A stretch of 24,000 nt of DNA. It comes from Gemmatimonadaceae bacterium (lineage in GTDB: Bacteria; Gemmatimonadota; Gemmatimonadetes; Gemmatimonadales; Gemmatimonadaceae). The notes beneath the pieces are model-generated. The model did not search any database. It saw only the letters and a list, made by a program, of their open reading frames with translations, and was not told the origin of the DNA. The stretch is taken from assembly GCA_035253585.1 (NCBI GenBank), contig DATFBY010000094.1:1-24000 (forward strand). The letters run 5' to 3'. Within the stretch, counting starts at the first letter, position 1. The number at the start of each line of letters is the position of its first letter. The position numbers and the translations under genes were made by a program. Of the stretch, positions 7,310 through 16,192 are shown piece after piece.

Positions 7310-7651
7310 ATGCCGACTTACGAGTTCGAGTGCAGTAACGGTCACCGGTTCGACAGGTTTTTCCGGAAGATTGCGGATGCGGCCGCCGAACTCCCGTGCG
7401 AGGAGTGCGGGGCGGTGGCCACCCGGCGCATTTCCGGAGGTGCCGGGCTCCACTTCAAGGGTTCTGGCTTTTACGTCACCGATTACGGTAAGGGCGGGAA
7501 GAAACCGGCGGAGAGTGCCGGCGGAGGGGGCGCGCCTGAAAGCTCGGGTGGGGCGCCCGACAGCGCACCGACGAGCGCCGAGGCGAAAGGCGATACCAAG
7601 CCCGCCACACCGGAAAAGAAATCCGACACGAAGTCCACTCCCAAGAAATGA
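7310..7651 (+). CDS. FmdB/CxxC_CxxC_SSSS-family zinc-ribbon protein with a Gly/Pro/Lys-rich disordered tail
   Basis: MPTYEFECSNGHRFDRF...ELPCEECGAVATRRISGGAGLHFKGSGFYVTDY is the family signature. The true start is taken as ATG 7310, inside the longer track ORF 6968-7651. Confidence 0.85.
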   Translation: MPTYEFECSNGHRFDRFFRKIADAAAELPCEECGAVATRRISGGAGLHFKGSGFYVTDYGKGGKKPAESAGGGGAPESSGGAPDSAPTSAEAKGDTKPATPEKKSDTKSTPKK

Positions 7652-9294
7652 CTACGGCGCCCGACCTGATCCGCGCCGCTCTGGTCCGCGCGGCGCGGGA
7701 GCTTAGTGCGCCCGAGCCGATCGAGCCGCTCATCGAAAGGCCTCGCGATCCGGGGCATGGTGAGTGGGCGACCAATCTGGCGCTCGTGCTCGCGCGTCCG
7801 CTGAAGAAGAAACCGCGCGACATCGCGGAACGGTTGGTGGAGAAGCTCGCTTTGGATCGCGGAATCGTGACCGCGGTCGAGATCGCGGGCCCGGGCTTCA
7901 TCAACTTCCGCGTCGCGCCCGGCGCGAACGCGCGTGAGCTCGAGAGCATCCTCCGGCGCGACCTTGAATATGGCCGCAGCGACGCGGGTCGCCGCGAGAA
8001 AGTCAACATAGAATTCGTCTCGGCGAATCCGACGGGACCGCTCCACGTTGGGCACGGCCGTCAGGCAGCGATCGGTGATGCGATCGCGTCGCTGCTCGAC
8101 GCGACCGGGTGGGAAGTCTCCCGCGAATACTACTACAACGATGCCGGGGCACAGATCGCCAACCTCGGGCTGAGCGTGCAAGCGCATCTCGCTCGTCAGG
8201 CGGGCCGCGACGTGGCGATCCCCGAGGGCGGGTATCACGGCGAGTACGTGCGCGAGATCGCTGATCGCTACGCCGCGGAGCATGCGGAGGATCGTGACGG
8301 GCGCGACCTCGATGCGATTACCCGATTCGCCGTGCGCGAGCTGCGACAGGAGCAGGATGTCGACCTGCAGGCATTCGGCGTTCGCTTCGACACGTACTAT
8401 CTCGAATCGTCGCTCTACACCACCGGGCAGGTCGAAGAGACCGTGCGCGCGCTGATCGCCGCCGGTCACGCGTACGAAAAGGATGGCGCGCTCTGGTTGC
8501 GCACGACAGAGTACGGCGACGACAAGGATCGTGTGATGCGGAAGAGCGACGGGACGTTCACGTATTTTCTCCCCGATGTCGCTTACCACGTCAGCAAATG
8601 GGAGCGTGGATTCCATCGCGCGATCAACGTGCAGGGCTCCGACCACCACAGTACCGTCGTACGCGTTCGCGCGGGTCTTCAAGCGCTCGACATGGGTATA
8701 CCGGCCGGGTATCCGGAGTACGTGCTGCACCAGATGGTGACGCTCATGCGCGGCGGCGAAGAAGTGAAGTTCTCCAAGCGCACCGGGACCATCGTGACTG
8801 TCCGAGAGCTAGTCGACGAAGTCGGACGCGACGCGATGCGCTACTTCTTCCTCATGCGGAAAGGCGACTCGCCACTGGTGTTCGACATCGAGCTGGCAAA
8901 GAAGCAGTCGCTCGAGAATCCCGTGTACTACATCCAGATGGCGCACGCGCGCATGTCGGGGATCTTCCGCGTCGGCGAGATCGACCCGGCATCCGTGGCG
9001 ACTGAAAGCGTGAGCTTCGACGTCCTCGACAAGCCGGAGGAGCAAGCGCTGATCCGTGCGCTGCTCGATTATCCATCGTTGATCGCGGGTGCCGCCGAGT
9101 CGCTCGAGCCGCACCGGGTGGCATCGTATCTCCACGACACCGCCGGCCTCGCGCACGCCTGGTACCACAAGTGGTATGTGCTCAACGAGCCTGACGAGAT
9201 CCGCTCGGCGCGCCTCGTGTTAGCCCGCGCGGCGCAGATCGTCTTGAGGAATGGGTTGCAGATATTAGGCATCAATGCGCCGGATCGGATGTGA
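7648..9294 (+). CDS. argS: Arginine--tRNA ligase
   Basis: HIGH-type motif SANPTGPLHVGHGR, KMSKS-type motif KFSKRTGT, and C-terminal anticodon-binding (DALR) region ..EPHRVASYLHDTAGLAHAWY... ATGA overlap with the upstream gene. Confidence 0.97.
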   Translation: MTTAPDLIRAALVRAARELSAPEPIEPLIERPRDPGHGEWATNLALVLARPLKKKPRDIAERLVEKLALDRGIVTAVEIAGPGFINFRVAPGANARELESILRRDLEYGRSDAGRREKVNIEFVSANPTGPLHVGHGRQAAIGDAIASLLDATGWEVSREYYYNDAGAQIANLGLSVQAHLARQAGRDVAIPEGGYHGEYVREIADRYAAEHAEDRDGRDLDAITRFAVRELRQEQDVDLQAFGVRFDTYYLESSLYTTGQVEETVRALIAAGHAYEKDGALWLRTTEYGDDKDRVMRKSDGTFTYFLPDVAYHVSKWERGFHRAINVQGSDHHSTVVRVRAGLQALDMGIPAGYPEYVLHQMVTLMRGGEEVKFSKRTGTIVTVRELVDEVGRDAMRYFFLMRKGDSPLVFDIELAKKQSLENPVYYIQMAHARMSGIFRVGEIDPASVATESVSFDVLDKPEEQALIRALLDYPSLIAGAAESLEPHRVASYLHDTAGLAHAWYHKWYVLNEPDEIRSARLVLARAAQIVLRNGLQILGINAPDRM

Positions 9295-9300
9295 GATAGC

Positions 9301-9392
9301 GGGCCATCCGCCATCCGCCATCCGCCATCCGGCTATCGATTCGGCAAGCTCGCTTCGCTCGGATGGCGGATGGCGGATGGCCGATGGCGCCC
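9301..9392. repeat. Large inverted repeat made of tandem heptamers; probable terminator or REP-like hairpin after argS
   Basis: 4 x CCATCCG (9304-9331), a 28-nt spacer, then 3 x CGGATGG plus 1 x CCGATGG (9360-9387). The flanks are GGG and CCC. A pyrimidine/T-rich tract, CCCTTTCTTCCTTTACACTTTCTTC, follows. Confidence 0.75.
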
Positions 9393-9426
9393 TTTCTTCC
9401 TTTACACTTTCTTCAGATCGACGCTC

Positions 9427-10344
9427 ATGACCGTCCTCGTCGTCGGCTCCGTCGCTCTCGACTCCGTCGAGACTCCATTCGGCAAAGCGGATGATGCCCT
9501 CGGCGGCTCCGCAACGTTTTTCGCGGCGTCGGCAAGTCTGCTCTGTCCGGTGCAGCTGGTTGGTGTCGTCGGCAATGACTACCCAGTCGATCAGCTCGAG
9601 CCGCTGAAGCAACGCGGCGTCGATCTGTCTGGACTCGAGCGCGCCGACGGCGAGTCATTTCGCTGGCGCGGCCGGTACCGGCACGACCTCAACAGCGCCG
9701 AAACCCTCGAGACTCGGCTCGGCGTCTTCTCCCACTTCCGACCGAAGATCCCCGAGCAATTCAGGCGCGCGCCCTTCGTCTTCCTCGGCAACATCGACCC
9801 ACGGCTCCAGCTCGATGTGCTCAAGCAAGTCGAGAAGCCGCGGCTCGTGGCTTGCGACACGATGAACTTCTGGATCGAGAGTCGTCGTCCCGATCTCTTG
9901 GCGCTGCTCGAGCACGTGGACCTGATCACCCTCAACGACGCCGAGGCCCGGCAGCTCACGGATGAATACAACCTGCTGCGCGCGGCACGGTGGATCATGG
10001 ATCGAGGTCCGCAGCACGTGATCATCAAGAAAGGAGAGCACGGCGCGTTCATGTTCACCAAGAAAACGCTCTTCTATGCTCCGGCCTTTCCGCTGGAGTC
10101 GGTCTTCGATCCCACTGGCGCAGGCGACTCGTTCGCCGGCGGATTCATCGGTTATCTGGCGCGCACCGGCGATCTCTCCGAGCCCAATCTGAAGCGCGCC
10201 GTCGTCTACGGCTCGGCAATGGGATCGTTCGCCGTCGAGCGGTTTTCGATCCAACGGTTTCTCGAGATCGGTGCAAAGGACATCACCGAGCGCGTGCGTG
10301 ATTTTCATCGACTCGTGTCCTTCGATCAGGACCTGGTGGAGTGA
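9427..10344 (+). CDS. PfkB/ribokinase-family sugar or nucleoside kinase
   Basis: MTVLVVGSVALDSVETPFG N-terminus, and C-terminal PfkB signature DPTGAGDSFAGGFIGYLA. ATG 9427 is chosen because the track start at 9370 lies inside the hairpin repeat. Confidence 0.85.
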   Translation: MTVLVVGSVALDSVETPFGKADDALGGSATFFAASASLLCPVQLVGVVGNDYPVDQLEPLKQRGVDLSGLERADGESFRWRGRYRHDLNSAETLETRLGVFSHFRPKIPEQFRRAPFVFLGNIDPRLQLDVLKQVEKPRLVACDTMNFWIESRRPDLLALLEHVDLITLNDAEARQLTDEYNLLRAARWIMDRGPQHVIIKKGEHGAFMFTKKTLFYAPAFPLESVFDPTGAGDSFAGGFIGYLARTGDLSEPNLKRAVVYGSAMGSFAVERFSIQRFLEIGAKDITERVRDFHRLVSFDQDLVE

Positions 10345-11387
10345 GCTCCGAGCGCGACTCGCTCGATTACCGCGCCGCCGGCGTCGACATCGACGCCGCT
10401 GACGACGCCAAGGAGCGGATCAGGGCGCTGGTCGAATCGACGTTCACGTCAGGCACGCGCAGCCGCTTCGGCGGCTTCGGCGGGATGTTTCGGGTGCCTG
10501 ACGACGCGCGGCAGCCGCTGCTCGTCTCCAGCGCCGACGGCGTCGGCACAAAACTGAAAGTCGCCATCGCCGCCGGCCGTCACGACACCGTGGGGCAAGA
10601 TCTCGTCAACCACTGCGTGAACGACATTCTGGTGCAGGGCGCACGCCCTCTCTTCTTCCTCGATTACGTCGCATTCGGCGAGCTGAGCCCCGAGATCGTC
10701 GAGCAGGTGGTGAGCGGCATCGCCGCGGGTTGCCGCGAGAATGGATGCGCGCTCATCGGCGGCGAAACGGCCGAGATGCCGGGATTGTACACGCCGCCTG
10801 ACTACGATCTGGCGGGCTTCATCGTTGGAATCGTCGAAGAGACTGACGTCCTGGGTCCGAACAGGGTGCGCGAAGGCGATGTCCTCATCGGGCTCGCCAG
10901 CTCCGGACTACACACCAACGGCTATTCGCTCGCTCGGCGCATCCTCTTCGACAAGCTCGGCCTGACCGTCGACAATCCGTTCCCTGGCGGCGGCGGGACG
11001 GTCGCCGACGTGCTGCTCAAGGTCCACCGCTCCTACCTTGCCGCACTCTCGCCGGTGCTCGGCGAGATTCACGCGATGGCGCACATCACCGGCGGCGGGA
11101 TTCCGGGAAATCTCGTGCGGGCGCTCCCCGATACGGTCGATGCGGTGGTCGATATTCCAAGCTGGGTGATTCCGAACGATTTCCTGGCGCTCGAGCAGGG
11201 AGGGGAAGTTCCGCGCGAGGAGATGTTCCGCACCTTCAACATGGGGGTGGGGATGATCGTGATCGCGCCAGAGGAGTCCGTCGCCACGATTCTGGCCAGC
11301 AGCGGAACGGCAGGCATCACGGCGTGGCAGCTCGGTCGGGTGATGAGCGGGTCCGGTAAAGTGAGCTTGCAAGAGGGAATTGCGTGA
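10341..11387 (+). CDS. purM: Phosphoribosylformylglycinamidine cyclo-ligase (AIR synthetase)
   Basis: YRAAGVDIDAADD.., VSSADGVGTKLKVA, DLVNHCVNDILVQGARPLFFLDY and HITGGGIPGNL. GTGA overlap with the upstream gene. Confidence 0.95.
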   Translation: MSSERDSLDYRAAGVDIDAADDAKERIRALVESTFTSGTRSRFGGFGGMFRVPDDARQPLLVSSADGVGTKLKVAIAAGRHDTVGQDLVNHCVNDILVQGARPLFFLDYVAFGELSPEIVEQVVSGIAAGCRENGCALIGGETAEMPGLYTPPDYDLAGFIVGIVEETDVLGPNRVREGDVLIGLASSGLHTNGYSLARRILFDKLGLTVDNPFPGGGGTVADVLLKVHRSYLAALSPVLGEIHAMAHITGGGIPGNLVRALPDTVDAVVDIPSWVIPNDFLALEQGGEVPREEMFRTFNMGVGMIVIAPEESVATILASSGTAGITAWQLGRVMSGSGKVSLQEGIA

Positions 11388-12364
11388 GGCGGGCACTCTG
11401 CCTGACGAGTATCCTGCTTGCCGGCGCGGCGCCGGTCGTGGCGCAGCAACCGGATCCGCAATGCCTCGATCCGGCGATCGTCGGCCCAGCACTGATCGGT
11501 GGCGACGCGTGCCAGAAGGCGATCGACCTCTTCCGCTACTTCAATCCCCAAGTGGGAACGCTGGTACAAGGGGGGAACGCAACCGTTGGACACGGTGGGA
11601 CGCTTCGATTCGCGCGCTTCGCGGCGGGAATTCGTCTCACCGCGCTGCGCGCCCATGTTCCCGTCCTGAACGGACCCGGAGTGTCCTCCGGCCCACCGGT
11701 GAGCGACAGTTACGACGTGGATTCGAAGTGGGCCGCGCTGCCATCGGCCGACGTTGCGATCGGACTCTTCGAAGGCATCCCGCTCGGTCTGCTCCGTGTC
11801 GGCAGCATCGAAGCCATTGGAACCGGATTTGTCGTCCCTGATGTCACGCACGGTTCCGTGCGGCTCGAGCCGAGCGGCGCCCGATTCCGGTTTGGATGGG
11901 GGGCACGGGTAGGAATTCTTCAAGAGAGCCTCGTGACGCCGGCGATCGTCGTCACGTGGATGCGGCGCGAGACGCCGGACATCGAGCTGTCAGGCAGAAC
12001 GACGGCGCAAGATTCGCTCGGCGTCCACGATCTTCGCGTGCGCACCACGGGCTGGCGGGTCGTCGCCAGCAAGAGCTTTCTCAGCTTCGGTCTAGCGGGT
12101 GGCGTCGGCCGCGACGAGTATCGGTCGCGTGGCGACCTCTTCTATCGTCTGCGCAGCGGACTGGGCGCCGCTACCCTTCGCGTCGATGAGCGCGTGCGGC
12201 GCCTCAACATGTTTGGCACGGTGTCGTTGAATCTTCCACTCATTCAGTTCGTGGGAGAGATCGGTCGCGCGTCAGGCGGCGACGTCGACACGTACAACAG
12301 CTTCGCCACCGCGGCCGACGCGGCACGGTGGTATGGATCGGCGGGCGTTCGCATTTCGCCCTGA
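11384..12364 (+). CDS. Hypothetical exported protein (signal peptide; possibly beta-rich outer-membrane protein)
   Basis: N-terminal MRRALCLTSILLAGAAPVVAQQ looks like a Sec signal with an AxA-like VAQ site. Alternating hydrophobic/polar strands occur later (RFRFGWGARVGIL, AIVVTWM, WRVVASKSFLSFGLAGGVG). I recognise no family. Its codon frame is tightly coupled to both neighbours. Confidence 0.6.
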   Translation: MRRALCLTSILLAGAAPVVAQQPDPQCLDPAIVGPALIGGDACQKAIDLFRYFNPQVGTLVQGGNATVGHGGTLRFARFAAGIRLTALRAHVPVLNGPGVSSGPPVSDSYDVDSKWAALPSADVAIGLFEGIPLGLLRVGSIEAIGTGFVVPDVTHGSVRLEPSGARFRFGWGARVGILQESLVTPAIVVTWMRRETPDIELSGRTTAQDSLGVHDLRVRTTGWRVVASKSFLSFGLAGGVGRDEYRSRGDLFYRLRSGLGAATLRVDERVRRLNMFGTVSLNLPLIQFVGEIGRASGGDVDTYNSFATAADAARWYGSAGVRISP

Positions 12365-12369
12365 CGAAC

Positions 12370-13482
12370 GTGCCAGAACACGGCTCTTCCGACGCTCGCG
12401 ACCTCGCGTACATGCGTCGCGCGCTGGCGCTCGCCAGGCGAGGGTGGGGCTGGACCGCGCCGAATCCGATGGTCGGCGCGCTGATCGTGCGGGCCGGTCG
12501 GATCGTCGGCTCCGGTCATCATGCACGCTACGGTGAAGCGCACGCCGAAGTCGCGGCGCTCGAGGAAGCCGGTGCACGCGCCAAGGGCGCCACGGCGTAC
12601 GTGACGCTCGAGCCCTGCACGCACCAAGGAAAAACGCCGCCGTGCGTCAACGCACTCATCGAGGCACAGCTGCGCCGCGTGGTGGTCGCCGTGCGCGATC
12701 CAAATCCTGTCGCACGTGGAGGAGTGGAGAAGTTGCGACGGGCGGGAATCCAGGTCGATGTCGGCGTCGCCCAGAGTGAGGCGTGCGAGCTGAACGCGGC
12801 GTTCTTCCACTCCTTCGCAACCGAGCGTCCCTGGGTTCGGCTCAAGTTGGCGACGACAATCGACGGCGCGATCGCCGACGCCAAGGGAAAGTCGAGATGG
12901 ATCACCGGTGCGAACGCACGAGCGGCCGCGCACCGGCTGCGTGCCGACAGCGATGCGATCGCGGTCGGCATCGGAACTATCCTGGCCGACGATCCGATTC
13001 TCACGGTTCGTCACGCGCGCGCGCCTCGCATCTCGCCGCTCCGCGTTGTGTTCGATCGGCAGTCGCGCCTTCCGCTCGCGTCGACGTTGGCGCGAACGGC
13101 CAACGAATTTCGAACGGTGGTCATCACTCAGGACGGTGAGAGCACGCGCTCGCGCGCATTACGCGACGCGGGAATCGAGATCATGGAGGCCGATACGCTT
13201 GACGACGCGCTGCTCGCGCTGCGCGCGCGCGGCGTCCGTTCCCTCTTGCTGGAAGGGGGCGCCAGGCTCGCCGGAAGCTTTTTGAGCGAGGCGCGCGTGG
13301 ATCGTTTGATTATCTTTCAGGCACCGATCCTATTGGGCCAAGGTGCTTTGGGGGCGTTCGATTTTGCTCGGGGATTCGAGCTCACCGATGCGTCACGATT
13401 CCCGGTGCTCCTGCGCCGACGTCTCGGTGAGGATCTTATGACCGTGTACGCACTTCGAGAGCTGGCGTGTTCACCGGATTGA
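12370..13482 (+). CDS. ribD: Bifunctional riboflavin biosynthesis protein RibD (pyrimidine deaminase / uracil reductase)
   Basis: YMRRALALARRGWGWTAPNPMVGALIV and HAEVAALEEAG...TLEPCTHQGKTPPC form the CDA zinc motif. A reductase half follows (KLATTIDG..., LLLEGGARLAGSF). The start is uncertain: GTG 12370 (chosen), ATG 12328 (37-nt overlap with the upstream gene) or ATG 12412. Confidence 0.9.
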   Translation: MPEHGSSDARDLAYMRRALALARRGWGWTAPNPMVGALIVRAGRIVGSGHHARYGEAHAEVAALEEAGARAKGATAYVTLEPCTHQGKTPPCVNALIEAQLRRVVVAVRDPNPVARGGVEKLRRAGIQVDVGVAQSEACELNAAFFHSFATERPWVRLKLATTIDGAIADAKGKSRWITGANARAAAHRLRADSDAIAVGIGTILADDPILTVRHARAPRISPLRVVFDRQSRLPLASTLARTANEFRTVVITQDGESTRSRALRDAGIEIMEADTLDDALLALRARGVRSLLLEGGARLAGSFLSEARVDRLIIFQAPILLGQGALGAFDFARGFELTDASRFPVLLRRRLGEDLMTVYALRELACSPD

Positions 13483-14105
13483 TCGACGACGTCGGGCGTA
13501 TCGAGCGCATCGCCGTGACGACGGCGGGGCGCGAGCTACGCGTTCGATGCCGCTACGACGACCTTCTGGAAGGCGAGAGCATTGCGGTGAACGGCGCCTG
13601 CCTAACTGTGCGAGAGCGTGGGCCAGGTTGGTTCACGACAGCCGCGGTCGAAACGACGCTCGGGCGCACCACGATCGGGCACTGGCGCGAGGGCCAAAGC
13701 GTTAATCTAGAACGGGCCCTGCGCCTCGGGGACCGGATTGGCGGCCATCTGGTGCAGGGTCATGTCGACGGCGTGGGCACCGTGACCGCCGTGTCCCGGA
13801 GTGGCGATGCACTGATGATCGACATCGCGTTAGGCGGCGGCCTGGCGGATCTGATGGTGCCGCACGGCTCGCTGTGCGTGGACGGAGTGAGCCTTACCGT
13901 GAACGCACTCCCGACTGCGGACACGGTGCAGCTCTCGCTCATCGACTATACGCTGCGGCACACCACATTGGGCGCGCTTCGCTCCGGGGACCGCGTGCAC
14001 ATTGAGGCCGACATCATCGGCAAGTACGTACAGCGCCTGGTGGCGCCGTACGGCGCCGATGCGTCGGCCGCGAATCTCGGTTCTCGAATCTCCAATCTCG
14101 ACTGA
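13467..14105 (+). CDS. ribE: Riboflavin synthase (alpha chain)
   Basis: [13 protein letters not shown].. N-terminus. Duplicated lumazine-binding repeats: [13 protein letters not shown] and [12 protein letters not shown]. Confidence 0.93.
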   Translation: MFTGLIDDVGRIERIAVTTAGRELRVRCRYDDLLEGESIAVNGACLTVRERGPGWFTTAAVETTLGRTTIGHWREGQSVNLERALRLGDRIGGHLVQGHVDGVGTVTAVSRSGDALMIDIALGGGLADLMVPHGSLCVDGVSLTVNALPTADTVQLSLIDYTLRHTTLGALRSGDRVHIEADIIGKYVQRLVAPYGADASAANLGSRISNLD

Positions 14106-15313
14106 TGCCTTTCGGAACGATCGAGCGGGCGATCGAAGACATTCGGGCCGGGCGGCTCGTGCTCGTGGCCGACGACGAGGATCGCGAGAACGAAGGCGAC
14201 CTCATCGGCGCGGCGCAGCTCGTGACCCCGGAGGTCGTGAATTTCATGATCAAGCGCGCCGGTGGCTTGATCTGCCTCGCGCTCACCCCCGAACGGTGCG
14301 ACCAGCTCGGCCTCGCCCCTATGAGCGAGGTCAACACCGAGGAGCAGCGCACGGCGTTCACGGTGAGCATCGATGCTGCCGCGCGCTTCGGTGTGACCAC
14401 CGGAATCAGCGCCGCCGATCGAGCCAAGACGATCCGCGTCGCCGTCGATCCGTCCAGCACGCCGAACGATCTTCGACGCCCCGGACACGTCTTCCCCTTG
14501 CGTGCCTATGGGGGAGGCGTGCTGCAGCGCGTCGGGCATACCGAGGCCGCGGTCGATCTGGCGCGCCTCGCCGGCCTCTATCCGGCGGGCGTCATTTGCG
14601 AGGTGCTGGACGACGAGACAGGCGACTCGGCTCGGCGGCCCCAGCTCGAGCGTTTCGCCGAGCGACACGGACTGATCTTCGTCACGGTGGCGCAGCTGGT
14701 CGCGTATCGCCTTCGCACCGAGCGCCTCGTCCACCGCATCGCCGAAGCCCGTCTGCCCACCGAAGTCGGCGAATGGCGGATCATCGGTTACCGCAATGAC
14801 GTCGACGATCACGAGCACGTCGCCCTCGTGTACGGAACCATCGGCGACGGCGAGAACGTGCTGGTTCGCGTGCACTCCAAGTGCCTCACCGGGGATGTTT
14901 TCGGCTCCCTGCGTTGCGATTGCGGGCCGCAGCTCCACGCCGCAATGCAGATGATCGAGAAAGAGGGACGGGGCGCCATCGTTTATCTCGATCAGGAAGG
15001 GCGCGGCATCGGACTGCTCAACAAGCTCAAAGCCTACGAGCTCCAAGACACGGGCGCCGACACGGTCGAGGCGAACGAGCGACTCGGTTTCGAGCCAGAC
15101 CTGCGCAATTACGGCATTGGGGCGCAGATCCTGCTCGATCTCGGACTGAAGTCGATCCGTCCAATGACCAACAATCCACGGAAGATGGTCGGGCTCGAGG
15201 GCTACGGCCTGCGCATCGAATCACGCGTACCGCTCACGATGGCCGCGACGACCGAGAACCGCGGCTATCTCGACGCGAAGCGTTCGAAGCTCGGCCACTT
15301 GCTCGCGCACTGA
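14105..15313 (+). CDS. ribBA: Bifunctional 3,4-dihydroxy-2-butanone-4-phosphate synthase / GTP cyclohydrolase II
   Basis: DHBP synthase block: [41 protein letters not shown] block: [41 protein letters not shown]. Confidence 0.95.
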   Translation: MPFGTIERAIEDIRAGRLVLVADDEDRENEGDLIGAAQLVTPEVVNFMIKRAGGLICLALTPERCDQLGLAPMSEVNTEEQRTAFTVSIDAAARFGVTTGISAADRAKTIRVAVDPSSTPNDLRRPGHVFPLRAYGGGVLQRVGHTEAAVDLARLAGLYPAGVICEVLDDETGDSARRPQLERFAERHGLIFVTVAQLVAYRLRTERLVHRIAEARLPTEVGEWRIIGYRNDVDDHEHVALVYGTIGDGENVLVRVHSKCLTGDVFGSLRCDCGPQLHAAMQMIEKEGRGAIVYLDQEGRGIGLLNKLKAYELQDTGADTVEANERLGFEPDLRNYGIGAQILLDLGLKSIRPMTNNPRKMVGLEGYGLRIESRVPLTMAATTENRGYLDAKRSKLGHLLAH

Positions 15314-15792
15314 TGGCCGAGTTCACCGGAACACCGAACGGAAAGGGAAAGCGCATCGCCGTCGTGGTCAGCCGATTCAACGAGAGCGTCACTACCAAGC
15401 TGCTCGAAGGCGCCATGAACGCCCTCACGCGCCACGGCGCGATGTACGACGACATCGACGTCGTGTGGGTGCCGGGGGCGTGGGAGCTTCCCGCCGCGGC
15501 GCGCTTTCTCCTCGCATCAGAGCGCTATCACGCACTGGTTGCTGTCGGCGCCGTCATCCGCGGTGAGACGGCGCACTTCGATTACATCGCCAACGAAGCG
15601 TCTCGCGGCCTGGCTGATGCCAGCGCGGAGTTCGACACGCCGGTCGGATTCGGCGTCCTGACGTGTGATACAGAGGAGCAAGCGGAAGCGCGCGCCGGTG
15701 GCGAGCACGGCAACAAGGGATGGGACGCGGCATTGGCCGCGCTCGAGATGGCCGACCTGTTCGACCGTCTGCATGTCGCGCCGGAAGACTGA
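15313..15792 (+). CDS. ribH: 6,7-dimethyl-8-ribityllumazine synthase
   Basis: IAVVVSRFNESVTTKLLEGA, VWVPGAWELP, AVGAVIRGETAHFDYI and VGFGVLT. TGATG junction with ribBA. The start lies inside the longer track ORF 14881-15792. Confidence 0.93.
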   Translation: MAEFTGTPNGKGKRIAVVVSRFNESVTTKLLEGAMNALTRHGAMYDDIDVVWVPGAWELPAAARFLLASERYHALVAVGAVIRGETAHFDYIANEASRGLADASAEFDTPVGFGVLTCDTEEQAEARAGGEHGNKGWDAALAALEMADLFDRLHVAPED

Positions 15793-16192
15793 GACCCGTG
15801 CCCGAGCGCGGGCGCTTCAAGCGTTGTATGCGTGGGACATGCGCGGAGAAAAACAGCTCGACCTGGTCGCCACGCAGATCTGGGACGATCTGGCCGTTCC
15901 GCCTGACGAGCGCGCCATGGCGGGTCGTCTCGTTCGCACCGTCGTCGCCGAAGGTCGAGCGCTCGACGACACGCTGCGCGACGTCACCACCAACTGGCGG
16001 CTGGAGCGTCTCGGCGCGATCGAGCGATCGGTGCTCCGGCTCGGCGGCGCCGAGCTCATGATCGGCGAGACTCCGCCGCGCGTCGTCATTCAAGAAGCAG
16101 TGCGCCTCGCCGAGCGTTACGGGAGCGCGCAGAGTGCACGGTTCGTGAACGGCGTGCTCGATGCCCTGGCCCGCCGCATGGGTCGCCTCTAG
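15773..16192 (+). CDS. nusB: Transcription antitermination factor NusB
   Basis: RARARALQALYAWDM.., ERLGAIERSVLRLGGAELM and AVRLAERYGSAQSARFVNGVLD. Classical ribH-nusB linkage. ATG 15773 overlaps ribH by 20 nt. Confidence 0.88.
   Translation: MSRRKTETRARARALQALYAWDMRGEKQLDLVATQIWDDLAVPPDERAMAGRLVRTVVAEGRALDDTLRDVTTNWRLERLGAIERSVLRLGGAELMIGETPPRVVIQEAVRLAERYGSAQSARFVNGVLDALARRMGRL

Noticed and set aside
7483-8730. 415-aa ORF antisense to argS. Similar long antisense ORFs occur at 13946-15046 (antisense to ribBA), 21511-22692 (antisense to ptsI), 23042-23872 (antisense to metK), 12244-13014 and 11069-11923.
   Set aside because: Each lies opposite a gene with unmistakable conserved motifs. Their translations are Arg/Ala/Gly-rich, low-complexity and carry no recognisable motifs. 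Long stop-free antisense frames are expected in GC-rich DNA.
9304-9387. Short tandem repeats that could be taken for a CRISPR-like or minisatellite array.
   Set aside because: The units are 7 nt with no spacers, and the two arrays are reverse complements of each other. This is a hairpin-forming inverted repeat, not a CRISPR. No cas genes are present in the window.
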